This document shows positions 13,701 through 26,089 of a DNA stretch of 64,000 nucleotides, piece after piece (position 1 is the first letter of the stretch; each line of letters starts with the position of its first letter). A program made the translations under genes and the position numbers. The notes beneath the pieces were generated by a model. It saw only the letters and a program-made list of their open reading frames with translations. It did not search any database and was not told the DNA's origin. Source of the DNA: Lama guanicoe (lineage: Eukaryota); the NCBI GenBank assembly GCA_013239625.1, contig MU054323.1, positions 14,822,029-14,886,028 of the forward strand, given 5' to 3'.

Positions 13701-13990
13701 TACTTCCATCCAGTACAAGAATAGAAGTTGCATGAAAAACATTAATTATTGTGCAAAACACTTAGAGATTTGAAAGAGTTTTAATAATCACTGAGTCACA
13801 GGTCCTAAGAATTAAAGGACACAATCCAAGAAGTCCAGGGTATTTGAGTAATTCCGAAAGCAACAGAGAAGGGATAACAAATAACACCCTGGAATACAAA
13901 CAGTGGATTGAATGGGATGGAAAGACTATTAGCATAAATAACCAGTTTATGGGTTTTTAGACCAACCTAGTCAATTATTGTCAACAGTCA
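10788..13990 (+). pseudogene. Decayed collagen helix segments, split by an L1ME 3' end (11125-11775)
   Basis: ~10920 MKGYKAHE; ~12010 GSQG*K; ~12940 NSGKPDLLRAE; ~13280 DLDGKS; ~13800 *VTGPK; ~13890 HPGIQ. Confidence 0.7.
11125..11775 (+). mobile_element. L1ME-type 3' end
   Basis: aaatgttcatcaatggaaaaatagataaataaa..atactacag..aatggttgcctctcggag..tcttaagctagg. Confidence 0.7.
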
Positions 13991-14327
13991 CACACATTTG
14001 AAACTTCAAAACTAGATTCATTTCTGCACAATCTCTGTCAACAATTCTAAGTAAATTCATTTCTCATTTTCCTTAAATAAATTGCAATTGGTACTATTGT
14101 CCACTTCTTAGAAACATTTATAATAGAAATTTTCTCCTACTCTCATCTTAAAAATGTTTAATGACTAAACATTTTTACACTACTTTGTTAGAATATCAAA
14201 AATCTACATTTGTGCTTCAAATTCTAGCATTATTTAGAATTTAAAAAAGAGGTCTGATTTCAAATCTTCCAAGAATAAATTATGTTTTCCTAAATTTTCC
14301 TTCAATTGCAGTGTCTACAGTTTAGAC

Positions 14328-14648
14328 CTATGTTGGCCAGTACATATGTGGCCATGGAGCATCTGAACAGTAGCTAGTCTAAACTGAGACATACTGTAAA
14401 TTTAGGATACACACTCAATCTCAGAAAACTTAGTATAAAAAAGAAAGGATGTAAACTAACTCTTTAATAAATTTCCATGTAATTATATGTTGAAATATTT
14501 TGGATATACTGGGTTAAATAAAATATATTATTAAAATTAATCTCACTCATTTCTTTTTAACTTTTTAAAATGTGACTACAAGAAAATAAAATTATAAATA
14601 TGTGGCTCATATTTATGTATTGCATTATTTCTCTACTGCACAGTGCTA
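14328..14648. mobile_element. MER33-like hAT-Charlie element, opposite orientation to the 1.5 kb copy
   Basis: tgttggcca..atatgtggc..ttttggatatactgggttaaataaaatatattattaaaattaat..atatgtggctcat..cagtgcta. Confidence 0.8.
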
Positions 14649-14719
14649 ATACAGAAAAAAATGTAAGCATTACGCAGGTTACTACACAGAATACACTAAA
14701 TAGCTGTTGAATGAATAAG

Positions 14720-15625
14720 AGTCAGAATGTTTTGGTTCCACCCACTATTTGACCTTGAAAAGATTTTAAATGCACTGTAGAGAACATTAATAAAGAATTA
14801 AGTTAATCTAGTGTATATTATTCCAGAAAATACTCTACAATGAAAAGGTACTCTGTTCTGACGGCTTTATTTCATATCTTTATGTACACAAACCTTCTCA
14901 AGGTCAAAATACTATGATCCAAAATAACTATGTGATCAAAAAAGTATAATCAGAATATTTGTATTTCAATACTGTGATTATTTGAACAAGAAATATTTTG
15001 TCCAACTGTTAAATTATGCTTGATTTAACAAATAAAACATTAACTTGAATCTGAGACTTGCTTGAGAACACATTAGAAACCTAAAAGCTTGAACTGATGA
15101 AATGAAAATGGGTGCAAAAATAGTAACTTGATTTCTGATGGCAAAACATAATAAGCAAATCACAATACAGATGGTCTGGAATGAGATTCTCAAAGGACAG
15201 ATTTATTATAACAAAATAGTTTATACTTAAATTATGCATAGTTTAAAATTCTTTTCTAAATGATGCACTGTAAAGATTATTGTGGAGGAAGTTTAACCAA
15301 GTATTAGACAATGCCAAATTTCTTTGCTATGTAAGATAATGTAATTAAGTTTCATTTTCTATTAGATTCACACCTTTTTTAATACAGCAGGCAAAGACTT
15401 GCAAGTTCAAGCATTAAGTATTTATGTACTTATAGAACACATACTGTGAGGTCTAAATGAAAGAATAATGTAATGCAGCACTCAAATGCTTATAACAGAC
15501 ATCAAATAAAGTAAATATTCAGCTTAAGTGCTACTTTATGCACTGCTGTTTATTGACACAGAAAGACACAGAAAATCTGAAACTGTCCTCTGAATAGGAA
15601 TTTAAGAATTGAAGGAATACAAAAA
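14720..15625 (+). pseudogene. More weakly preserved collagen helix segments
   Basis: Scattered in-register motifs: SDGFI, SQGQN, MGAK, SDGKT, DGLE*DS, AGKD, IEGIQ. Confidence 0.5.
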
Positions 15626-15669
15626 GTATCCTCTCTCTTCAAAATGTAGACATGAAAAACACACAATGG

Positions 15670-16578
15670 AAGTGTGGTACATGGACACAGAAGCCAATGG
15701 AAAGAGTTCTCAAAAGTCAAAGCTGGAACTATTTGAGTAACAACATAAATAATGTAGTATTGGATTATAAACCAAAGTAGAAAATAAATTTCCATGAGTC
15801 CACACTAATATAAATTAATGATTAAATAAGTAAATAAATAAATACATAAAGGAGAATAGATGAATCTTCCATACAGAATTCCAAAAATTTGTGTAGCTAC
15901 TCCTCTGTCAAGGAGGTTGAGTATAACGAGAACTTCTTCACCAAGTGTACACATAGTGACTTTATTTCAAATGTACAGTAGGTAAAGGGGGGAAAATTGT
16001 AACTTTAGAAGAGGAGAAGTCTGACAAACACTGCTGCAGCCAAATGACCAAAGTCCACATCAACAACGATAAATTATATTGATAGTGCATACTCTTGATA
16101 TGATGTGATGAGAATGGCATTTTACTTCTGCGGTATTCTTTCCAAAATCCATAACCCCAGTATAATCATCAGAAAAACAACCACCAAACCCAAAAATCAC
16201 TGTACATTTCTACACAATACCTGACCGATAACTTCTCAAGACTGTCATAAAAGTAAGCAAACACTGAGAAACTGTCACCCTTTAGAGGAGCCTAAGGAAA
16301 TATGATGGCTAAAATGTGATGTGGAATCCTGGAAAGGATCTTAGAACAGAAAAAGTACGTTAGCTAAAAACTTAGGAAATTTTAATAAAGTTTGAACTAA
16401 TGTGCCAATACAGATTCCTTAGATGTGACAGTTACATTATGTTAACCTACAATGTTAACAGTTACATTATGTTAACCTACAATGTTAATGGGTGTGAGAT
16501 ATATGGAAACTGTATTATCTTCACATCTTTTCTGTAAATCTAAATTTTTTCCAAAATTAAAAGTTAATTTTTTTAAAA
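15670..16578 (+). mobile_element. L1MC/L1MD-type 3' UTR
   Basis: ccataaccccagtataatcat..ctgagaaactgtcac..agaggagcctaagga..gaacagaaaaag..ttttctgtaaatctaaa. Confidence 0.8.
16428..16487 (+). repeat. Perfect 30-bp tandem duplication
   Basis: acagttacattatgttaacctacaatgtta twice (16428-16457, 16458-16487). Confidence 0.95.
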
Positions 16579-16757
16579 ATGAGGATATGGCTGTCTATTC
16601 TTCACCATCACTTTGCAGGTAGTAAAGGGAGGAAGCAAAAGGAACAACTTGAACAGTTAAGGATCGTACATAGATATCAATTATACCTTGAGTGCATTTA
16701 TAACATGGGGGCAATAATATTACTTTCCTCATGGATTGTGAAACTAAATTATGTTAG

Positions 16758-16859
16758 TGTGAAGGAAAAGCCAGGCTGGTCTAACAAGATAACTCACAAG
16801 TCTAGGAATGTGAAGGAGAGGCTGGGCTGGTCTAACAAGGTAACTCACAAATCTAAGTA
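16758..16859 (+). repeat. 51-bp tandem duplication (8 mismatches) at a MIR-like tail
   Basis: tgtgaagga..ggctggtctaacaag.taactcacaa.tcta twice, period 51. Confidence 0.9.
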
Positions 16860-16944
16860 TCGGAATACTGATCTGAGTTCTGCTGGACTAACTTGTAAAT
16901 CTAAGTTAATTAGTGCTGGTTTGCTGTTCATGTTTTTTTGCTAG

Positions 16945-17260
16945 CCAGCTGGATTTTCAAAGATATATATCTGGCTTTGGAATGTTGGTTTGCTGCCTCC
17001 CCGCCTCCATTTTTGTGATCAGAAGAGACTCTGAGCCCGCTGGCGTAATACACCTGACTACTCCAACCCTCCGAGTGGTGCTTGTTTCTTGGCTGGCCTG
17101 TCGTTTCTGTAACATTTCCATTGGCAAAATACTTACAATTGTACTTGATTTATATAGAATGGGCTCAAAATTATTACTATTATAGTAGTATTACCACTAT
17201 TCCATGATCTCCCAAAAGACTGACTGCTGAGCAAGGTTAGAAGGCTCTTAGAAGTCTGAG
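16945..17260 (+). pseudogene. Decayed collagen exon (~316 nt) with retained splice sites
   Basis: Acceptor tttttttgctag ending 16944; donor GAG|gtaggt at 17261. Triplets WNV GLL PPR..DQK RL*..NTP DYS NPP SGA CFL. Confidence 0.75.
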
Positions 17261-17614
17261 GTAGGTATGTTTGGTAGAAGACACGTGAGTATCTGATTAA
17301 GAAGCATTTGAAACTTAAAAATAAGATGAAGACAGAGCATAATGTAAGTAAAATCGTAAAATTCTTAACTTCAAAGCATATAAAATATAGGAAAATCACA
17401 GAGTTCCATTCAATGTAATTATTATTTAACATTACAGAGTTCCTAATACACTGTGCTAAACTCCGAAGAACACGGAAAGATGTGTGTGAAGGAGCGGTCG
17501 ATCCACAAGGAGACTTTTACTACTGACGCATTCGGTGGTAGCCCATAAAATCTCAACTTCCCAGCAGTAGAAAATCCAAAAGGTATATAGTATCCAACAT
17601 CTGGTCAACAACAC

Positions 17615-18465
17615 ACATTTGAGACATGTGAAAAGGTGCTCAGCATCACTAATCATTAGAAACATGCAAATCAAAACCACAATGAAATATTACCTCACAC
17701 CTGTCAGAATGGCTATCATTAAAAAGTTGATAAATAACAAATGTGAGGATGTGCAGAAAAGGGAACTCTAGTATGCTGTTGATGGGAATGTAAATTGGTG
17801 CAGCCACTGTGGAAAACAGAACTGAGGTTCCTTAAAAAACTAAAAATAGAATTATTATAAAATCCAGCAATTCCATTCCTGGGTATGTATCTGAAGAAAA
17901 CAAAAACACTAATTCAAAAAGATGCATGCAGTCCAAAGTGCATAATAGCATTATTTACAATAACACAGTTATGTAAGCAATGTAAGAGTCCATCAACAGA
18001 TGAATAGATAAAGAAGATGCGATATATATCACGTATAATGGATCATTACTCAGCCATAATAAAGAACGAAATTCTGCCATTTGCAACAATATGGATGGAT
18101 CTGGAAGGTACTATCTTAGTGAAATTAGTCAGACAGTGAAAGACAAATATTCTATGTCATCATTAATAAGGAGAATCTAAAATGTAAAACAAACAAATGA
18201 ATATAACAAAACAGAACAGAAACAGACTCACAGATACAGAGAACAAACTAGTGGTTGCCAGTGAGAAGAGGAAAGCAGGGAGGGACAAGATCAGGGTAGG
18301 AGATTTAGAAGTACAAAACATTATGTATAAAGTAAAAAAGCTACAAGGATATATTGCGCAACACAGGGAAATACGGCCATTATCTTACAGTAATTTTAAA
18401 TGGGGTACAATCTATAAAAATAATTAAATTACTATGTGTACACTTGAAATTAATATAATATTGTA
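17615..18465 (+). mobile_element. LINE-1 ORF2 C-terminus plus 3' UTR (L1MA/artiodactyl type), 5'-truncated
   Basis: atgcaaatcaaaaccacaatga..cctcacacctgtcagaatggctatcatt..gatgaatagataaagaagatg..cagactcacagatacagagaacaaactagtggttgcc. Confidence 0.9.
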
Positions 18466-19074
18466 AAAAGATAATGTACCTTTGGAATACTTAGGGACTG
18501 GAAAATGTTGTTTCCAGGAAGTTCTACAGTGTGAATGATTCATGTCCAGATTATGTCAATGCAATGGACCTTTGTCCACAATAAAGCTGTCCTTACCTTA
18601 ATCTGTTTGCCTATGGAAGGACATTTTTTTGTCCTTCCTTCATTATTCCCTCTCAATGCATCTGGAGATCTAGCTTGAGAGGTAAAATTCCAAGATCAAG
18701 TATCAGTATCTCCTTCCCTTTTCTTACCCCTACAAGCTTGATCTCCTTACAACATTTGTCCTATCACTATACCCAATTTCAAAACCCCATAGAGAATAAA
18801 ATGTGGGAATTTGAATCGAAAGTTAAGGAAACTTATAACCAAGCACCAAGCAGTAATTAACGTCAAATCGCCAACCACCATTAGTCTTTCTTTGCTTACA
18901 CTTCACTGTAAAGTTTACACTCTAAAATTCTCTTGCTTCCACTCCTGCATGATAATAATGTGAGAGAGAGAGATTAGAAAATTTGATCAGACTCTTTCAA
19001 ATGTATCTTATCTTTCCCCCATCAGGTCTGGATTGCTGCTTGGCAATGGTTCTAAACAAATTTTATTCCCTGTT

Positions 19075-20890
19075 GCCATTATTCAACTTTCCCACTTTCC
19101 CACTTTCTAAGTCTTCCCTCTTACTGAAGCCTTCAAAGCCCTCTTTCTCTATAGATGACACTTCATCCATTTTTCTCCATGAAGACCTTTAGTTTCTTTG
19201 CTCTTTAACTCAGAACTTCTTTCCAGCTCCTTCTCATCTCAAAGAATGGAGCTCCCTTCCTTCCTGCAGGTGTGGCTTCTGATCTCTGATTCCATGCTCC
19301 CTGCCCACTTCATCAGTTATTCTTCCTTCTTATATTTTTCATCTCCCTCTACTAAATTACACATCCACACTTAAATCCACACAGAGCTATACACTTGAAT
19401 ACCGCACACCCATCTGTGTAAAAACCATTCAGCAGAGCTACCCAATTCTTTACTATTAAAAACACACATGGTATTGTACAATAATTAATAATAGCATTTA
19501 AAGTAATTGCTAATCTTAAATACTTTATTGAATTTTTTTGTGAAGTTGCAAAGAAGCAGTATTTTCACAAGATTCTTCAGTTCTTGAAATATCTCTTTTC
19601 CCAGTGATTTCACTGTAAATGCCTCAAAATCTGCTTGGGTAGGCCTTTGATCTGTTAGCTCTCAATCTGACTAAAGTCTTTATTTAATATATTAGTTTTT
19701 TTTTATTTTTAAAAATTTCTCTATTTGCCCATTATGCTGGTTTTATAGAACTAGGAGACATCAGGAGGTTGAAGGACAAGCAAGAATCCATTCTAGAAAG
19801 GTGGGGCCTGAGGAAAAGATTACACAATTTATAACTCAGTTTTTTTTTTTATTTTTTTGTACATTCTAACTCTTAAATATTGTTTCTTTGAACTAATAAC
19901 CTCCTAAAAGTTTGACCCAATGTCCTTTTTCACTACCTAATTTCTAAAAACACAGTCTATATTTACACATTCAATTTATTTATTCATTATCATTTCACAA
20001 CTTAATTCATTGTATTTTTGTCCCCTAGACTCCACTGAGATCCTTTTTTCGAAATTTCACTAAGAACTTCTTTATCTGTTTATTTTTCATTTTTATTGTG
20101 ATATTGGCATATAATATTGTATAAGTTTAATGTGTACAATGTGTTGATCACAACATTTATATGTTGCAATAATTAGCACTATAGTTAACAATTCTGTATT
20201 CTATACTTCAAAATTGCTTAAAAAAAAAAAACTAGATCTCAAATGTTTCACCACAAAAAGAAATATAATCATGTGATGTGACCGAGGTGTTAACTGTTGA
20301 CCTCCTAAGAATCAAACCAATAATTTCTTTTTAGATGGTAATCCTCTTGATCTATAATTCAGTGTTTGATTCTCTTAATAGCAGATTTCTTGATAAAACT
20401 CTGCCCTCCATGGAATTTTGATCTCCAATTGTCCTTTGACTCTCTAATCACAACCTTTCTGGCTCCCTTCCAATCTCTCACTTTCTGAATGAGGATAATT
20501 CCATTGTCAGCATCCTCTTCCTTTTACCTTTTGCCCTGAGCAAACTCACCAACCTGCCTACTTTCATTATCACCTCTACCTACATCTCTCAAAATACAAC
20601 ATTTGCTGATGTCACACTGGTCTGCCTGTTAGTCTGGCAGCATACACTAAGCCTTTAAACCCCCATTCCCTTGTTCTTTGTATTCCTCTCCCTTTCTGTT
20701 GTACAAGCCCAACTTTCATCTGTCCATCACTTCTCCCAAGGAGCTCTCTTTTATTATCCTGACAGGAAGAAATGTCTACCTCCTGTGATATTCCACCATA
20801 CTTTATCTATACTTCTGCCACATACAAACTTGTAAGTACCCATGCAGTAAGTCAATCAGAACATCTTGCACATTGTAGCCACTCAACTGG
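19075..20890 (+). mobile_element. L2 LINE fragments, with a nested L1MA piece at 20070-20296
   Basis: ctccactgaga..gacctcc..atcctcttgatct..cagtgtttga..tcattatcacctcta; pyrimidine-rich L2 ORF/3' region. The 5' boundary is uncertain. Confidence 0.6.
20070..20296 (-). mobile_element. L1MA 3' end with a 5' inversion
   Basis: 20070-~20180 is the antisense terminal L1MA segment with a T-rich tail. ~20178-20296 is the upstream L1MA segment in sense (actatagttaacaat..tagatctcaaatgtttcaccac..gtgttaact). Confidence 0.65.
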
Positions 20891-21985
20891 GTGAGAGTAA
20901 ACTAAGAACAAGTTAGGAAAATATGATATAAAAAAGTGGTACATATGAGGCCACATTTCAAAGGAAAAAAGGCAGGTAAGTGGTACCTATAAAATGAAAA
21001 TCTAAACGTACCACTGGCCAAATGGAAAATGCTATTTTGTACCAAGATGCGAAGGGATTAACAGGAAGGATGTCCTCCATTGGAGAGAATTTTTTAGGGA
21101 AAAGTGTCAACAGAGGAGAGGGAAGTTACAATTTATTGGGAGTGGTGTCGGGATCCAAAGTAAGGAAAGAAATAAGACAGTATGATTCGGGAAATGACAT
21201 AAGATGCCAGAGTATAAAGTTGTCCATTGGGAAACCATGGAATAAGGGTATACAGATGGGAGAAAGCAAAAAATGAAATTGCACCTAAGATGGGGAAAGG
21301 ACTGCCAAGAATTCTGTTTCTAATCTTGAAAGGAAATTCCCCAGACTAGCATCCATCCTCTAGGGATAGGAAGCTGGAGGAAGAGTGCAGAGGGACAGCT
21401 GAATAAAATGGGATTTCTAGCTGATAACTATTTCAGTGCTCAAACTAGCTTAACCAGTTTTTCCCCTTTCAAGTGTTGGTTTCAGCTGTTGTTTTCAGCA
21501 GTGTTGTGCCTCCTCAGGGGAAGTTTCCAGATAAACTTCTCCTGATGAGCTGGCAGTGGGGTCAGGTTTACATCCTGCCTTATCTGTGGCAGAACAGAAA
21601 ATACCTTTTGAAAAGTGAAAAATATTTGCCTCTTGCTAAGGGGAGCTGTATCTCTTCCAGCTGAAAACATAGCTAGGAGCAAGAGCCAGAGAGAATCCTC
21701 AGGTGCACACAGATCTAAGTCCATGCAGGAAGGGCAAGGATGGAACTTGTCCTCCTTCCCATACCTGAAAGGTTTAATTACCAGCCTCCTTTCATCTGTA
21801 ACCAGAATTGAACTCCATCCCATTGTCTGGAATGAGGTACAGCAAATGATACCTTAAAAAATAAAAGTCATTTATACAATGAGTGAAAAAAACTTTTGAT
21901 GAACATATTAAAACAAGTTTATTGCTGTGAAGCAGAGACTAAGATTCAAGTAACTCTTACGGTAGTGTTTTTTTTTTTTTTTTAG

Positions 21986-22106
21986 TATCAATGGGATGCC
22001 AGAATCATTACATTGTGCTGGTGTACCTCTGTCAGTAGTATATGGCATGTATTTGTACACTGTGTGGGTGTGTACAGTGTTGGTAGGAGAAATTTGTAAT
22101 TTGACA
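21986..22106 (+). pseudogene. Decayed collagen exon (121 nt)
   Basis: Poly-T acceptor ending tttag at 21985; INGMPESLHCAGVP..LVGEI; donor gtaagt at 22107. Confidence 0.8.
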
Positions 22107-22182
22107 GTAAGTTTCTCAAAGACTCTACTGGTTATAAACACCACTTGAGAACCATTCTCCTAGTAGTAAGGAATATTTTCAG

Positions 22183-23960
22183 AGTCCTGATGGGACTGGA
22201 CACACAAAGACAGCATTTATCTTTGCCCTGTGTACCAATACTGCATTAATTAGAAATGGATATTATATTAAACCTTTGTAGAAGGGTTGTATTTTACAAA
22301 TTGTGTAATCTCTCTCAGAAAAACCCTCTTCACATATACCTTCCTTGACTACTGCCTCCTTTTGTCCTATTTTTTAGATCCTCATGACTGTTAAGTCATC
22401 ACAGCTGTCACTTCTCTATCAACCCCATCTTGTATGCCTTTATAATCAGACTAATGTAGTTGCCCCTCTGCTTGATCCATTTTTATCCCCACTTATTATT
22501 CAAGGATTCAGAAGTTTTTCAATGAGATGTCAAGGTAAGGTACATTAGAATACATACATTATAGAAATATCAAAATATTAAATATGAATATTAAATACAC
22601 ATTATAATATGTATGATATATATAGAAGAGAGGGATCATGTCATAATCTTCCTTGTTCCCCAACCCACTTCTTTCTGGTCTCTAAGATTACTTCTGACTT
22701 TGGACTCAAAGCTCTAGGCTTAGTATCAACCATTTATTTAGCTGCTGAAATATAACCATTATGGTTATGCAGACTTCTTGAGACCCAGAGTCCTGTTCTG
22801 TGCTCTCTTTCTTCACTGGTCTCTGAACTTCTTATCCACTGGACTCTGTGTGTGCTGACCTGCCTGAGCTGCCAGGTGTTGACCAGATCTCTCTCGCGCG
22901 TGCATTCTTCTTGGTATCAACCATATTCATCTTACTGAACTGCCTCCCAATGTTGTTCTCTCTTGGCTTGTCCAGTCCTGCTGACGCCCAAGTTTCATTC
23001 TCATACTTCTATCCATTCAACATTGATCCTCTAAGCCCTTAGGAATGCAGTCATTAACTACTCTTTTGAATTCTGATGTGACTTCAGCGTCACATTTGGG
23101 ATTTAAATTGGAAGGAAATTTGAAGATTATACAACCCATCTCTTTTGTTCATGAGATTAGAAAACTAAGGTATAAAAAAATTTTGGCATCGCTAGAAATA
23201 AAACTAGAGCTTTCTAATTTCCAAGCATGGTCTTGCCACTAAATCATGCTCCTCCGTGGAAGAGAATCTGGGGGAAGACACTTGACCTTTTCTGGCCTTA
23301 GTTTTTCATCTTTATAATAGAAATAGATTCTAAGATGATAGAATCAGATTTTGGGATTCATTACTGTATTAACAGCACAACTCTTTTCTACTTCCAAATA
23401 TATAGAGAGATTTGTTCTGTGAGCAAATGAATGGTTGGCTTTTTAAAAAAATACTACAGAGGATTAATTGCATACTTATTGCAAAACATTTTTGCAGAAA
23501 AAAAGATTAAGAGGAAAATAAATTTAGTCAATTTGTTTTGGTGATTATTGGGAGCTTTAGATGAAATTTCAGAATCTCTTTACATGAATGTTTTAGGACT
23601 AATAGTGTTTATCAATAAATACAGGTACCTAATAAAGTCAAGTCATTTTCAACAGAAGGTCCTTTTAAGTGACAAATTAATCCTATTGCCCCAAAGTTTC
23701 AAATATTTTCAATTTTATCAGCAAAACTGAAAACATCAAAGCAGCAGAAGCTAATGGGTGAGGTTCTGCTAAATGCTATATAGAGTGATATAGATAGAAT
23801 TCTTGTCCTCTGAGAGCTTAAAATTTAAAGCGGTCATATAAAACCTGACATGACTGTAAGTAAATGGCATAAAGGATGCAGGGCATAATTAGGTCATTCC
23901 CCATTACACTAAACAGCATTACTATAAAGATCCCTCAATGATATATTTCTATGACATAAA
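22183..23960 (+). pseudogene. Decayed collagen exons (22183-22534; ~22670-23090; ~23530-23960)
   Basis: ttttcag|AGT CCT GAT GGG .. IQGFRSFS .. AAG|gtaagg. ORF 22848 DLP ELP GVD QIS LAR..GLS SPA DAQ. ORF 23548 has 19 consecutive in-register triplets (GAL DEI SES..GLI..QQK VLL SDK..LPQ SFK YFQ). Confidence 0.8.
23090..23335. mobile_element. Two MIR fragments in opposite orientations
   Basis: ttggaaggaaatttgaagatt..gaaaactaagg; ggaagacacttgaccttttctggccttagtttttcatcttta. Confidence 0.55.
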
Positions 23961-24073
23961 TAATAGCTTGTTCATTGCAACTAGTACTTCATAATAAAGT
24001 TCAATTTGCTTAGGAAGGGAGGGGTCATATTTTGCTAGAGCTAATTGCTGCAGTTTCTAGTGTTCCCACCTAG

Positions 24074-25981
24074 GGAGCAGAAGTTAGAAACGGCAGGGAA
24101 GAACACGGAACAGAGATTTCAGAAGCTCCTCATATACCGGTACGTGGAAAGGGCATGGTAATATGAAGTTATTTGCAGTTATTATCAGAGATGATGGCAA
24201 AGAGAAATAGGAAGAATGAAATGAGGAATGACACTGCAATGCCCTCTGTGTTATATCTGTCTCCATGTCTGATAAGAACACTAATAATATACGGTGCAAA
24301 TTAAACTGGTGTTTCAGAATAAAAGGCTAAAGACTAGAAGAATATTTCTATTTTAACTACACCCCAAATGACCTTCCACCATCAAGTGTACAGATTTCAA
24401 ATACCCACATCCAACGATGTGGTCAGAGATGAGATTTATTAAATTCAGTATTTCAGAAGTGTGATTAATTCTGGATGGCAGTAACATTCAGGATGCCTTT
24501 GTGGGAATGGGTGATTCCAAATGAACTGGCAAACAGTTCATTTCAGGCAAGAAATATTCTTTACTAGACATATATAAACTAGTTCAATGTCAATAAATAG
24601 AAACAAAGAAGAAAGCCCAGAGTTCTGGGATATATCAATTAAAAAGTCAGAAGTTGGTATGACTTCAGAATCTAAGGATGCAGTGTTCTCTGTGGCATTC
24701 TCTTAATAATGTTGCCTATCAGAACACTTAAAACTTTCACAGTTGTTGTTTCTTTATATGCCTGATTTCCTGCTAGGTTATAAACTGCAGGTAGAGAGCT
24801 TATGTCTTTATGTTTTTCTTCGCAGTACAGTTCCCAACAGATAGCAGCCCCCACCAGTGACCATGTTGGGTTCCACCTCCCAGCGCCTCTTAAATCCATC
24901 TCCAGTGTCAGTGTTTGGTGATGTATTTCAGAGTCACATCATCTCCTGCCTAGACTACAATATCCTACATCTCTTTCCTTTCAAATCCATTCTCTCTCTT
25001 CCAACAAGAGTGATTTTTCTAAGACGAATATTATCACTTCACTCTTCTACTTAACACCCTAGAGGATTCCCCCTTTCCTACCTACAAGAAAAATTCCAAA
25101 TCCCTTAGCACGGGATTTAAAAATTCCCAGGTAAACTCTTATAACATTAAATCCTGTCTTTTCCCTCCATGTTGTGCCATTTCAGCCCTCATTTCTCCCA
25201 CCTGGACAGCCACTGCCACTTGACAGATGCCTAATCATTCTTCAAGATAATTTTGTCTAGACTGTCCTCTAAAACAATACCTCCTCTGGCTTTTACAATA
25301 TTTAAAAACTTTTATTTGAACTGCTTTGGACATTTTATTGTAACTATGAATGTGACAAACATTACTGGTGAACATTACTTCCACCATCACTTCGTAAGTA
25401 GGAATGGCCATATGACTTGCTATGGACAATGAACTATGTGAAGGATTCACCTATGTGAAGCATATAATTACCAATGACTAACTCCCTATTTCTCTCTCTT
25501 CTCTAGTGAGGCAATGGTGGAAGTATATTTTGATAAGGAATTGTAATAGTGAGCCATCTCACGGAGACCTGCGCTCGAGCTACACAGCCCAGGCATTCTG
25601 CAGACTGCATTCAAGCACGCCGAAGCTGGGGCTTACTTTTTTGTTAGTATATCCTGAGTGGAACCATTAACTTACATTTCCTTCTCCCACACTAGCTGTG
25701 AATTTCTTGAGAGCAAGCACTATGTTCACAGTGTTCCATACAAGGAAGAAGAAAAAAGGGAAAAAGTGAAAAATTAACTGAATGATACAGTAGCTAGAGT
25801 GTGACATGTACATGGATCCCTTGTTCCTCTTTATAGGCTATAAAACCTCTTGCAGTTTTATTCCTCTCTGTCTCCACTTACTCTTGATGATGTGAAGTCA
25901 GTCTGACTGACACCAAAGTCAAATAACAGTTCTTCATTTCCTGAGTTGCTACTTTAGGGTATTATGTTATTATGAAATGAG
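24074..25981 (+). pseudogene. Long decayed collagen exon interrupted by L2 and MLT1
   Basis: Phase-0 acceptor cccacctag|GGA GCA GAA GTT AGA AAC GGC AGG GAA (GAE-RNGRE); RDDGKE; MGDSK*TGKQFISGKK. Ends TGA AAT GAG|gtacgt. Confidence 0.8.
24660..25790 (+). mobile_element. L2 3' fragments with a nested MLT1 (MaLR) LTR at ~25350-25665
   Basis: catcatctcctgcctagactacaat..agagtgatttttctaa..ccaaatcccttagca (L2); ggccatatgacttgctatggacaatgaa (MLT1); ctagctgtgaatttcttgagagcaag (L2 tail). Confidence 0.65.
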
Positions 25982-26089
25982 GTACGTAAGGAACCAATTT
26001 CACAAGACTGACTGAAGCAATATGTGTGCATTTTAAAAGTGTAATCAAGGTAAAGTTGAGTTCATTTTCCATGAAAACTTCATGTACAG

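Larger units (their letters stand above)
17438..21836 (+). pseudogene. Very long decayed collagen exon (or exon group), broken by L1 (17615-18465) and L2/L1 (~19075-20890)
   Basis: Acceptor attacag ending 17437. Best-preserved Gly-X-Y run at 17455-17517. One frame keeps register over ~20890-21276. ORF 21615 GAV SLP AEN IAR..GAH RSK..SFP YLK GLI. Donor GAG|gtacag at 21837. Confidence 0.85.

Noticed and set aside
16930..17125. Apparent minus-strand promoter (CCAAT, GC box, CATTCC, TATATA 30 nt from a CA initiator, E-box) with local CpGs
   Set aside because: The same bases form a + strand collagen exon remnant with splice sites (16945-17260). Gly/Pro codons explain the GC content, and I found no downstream minus-strand gene.
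17465..24104. 13-bp match gaagaacacggaa at ~17465 and ~24098
   Set aside because: Matches of this length are expected by chance in 64 kb.
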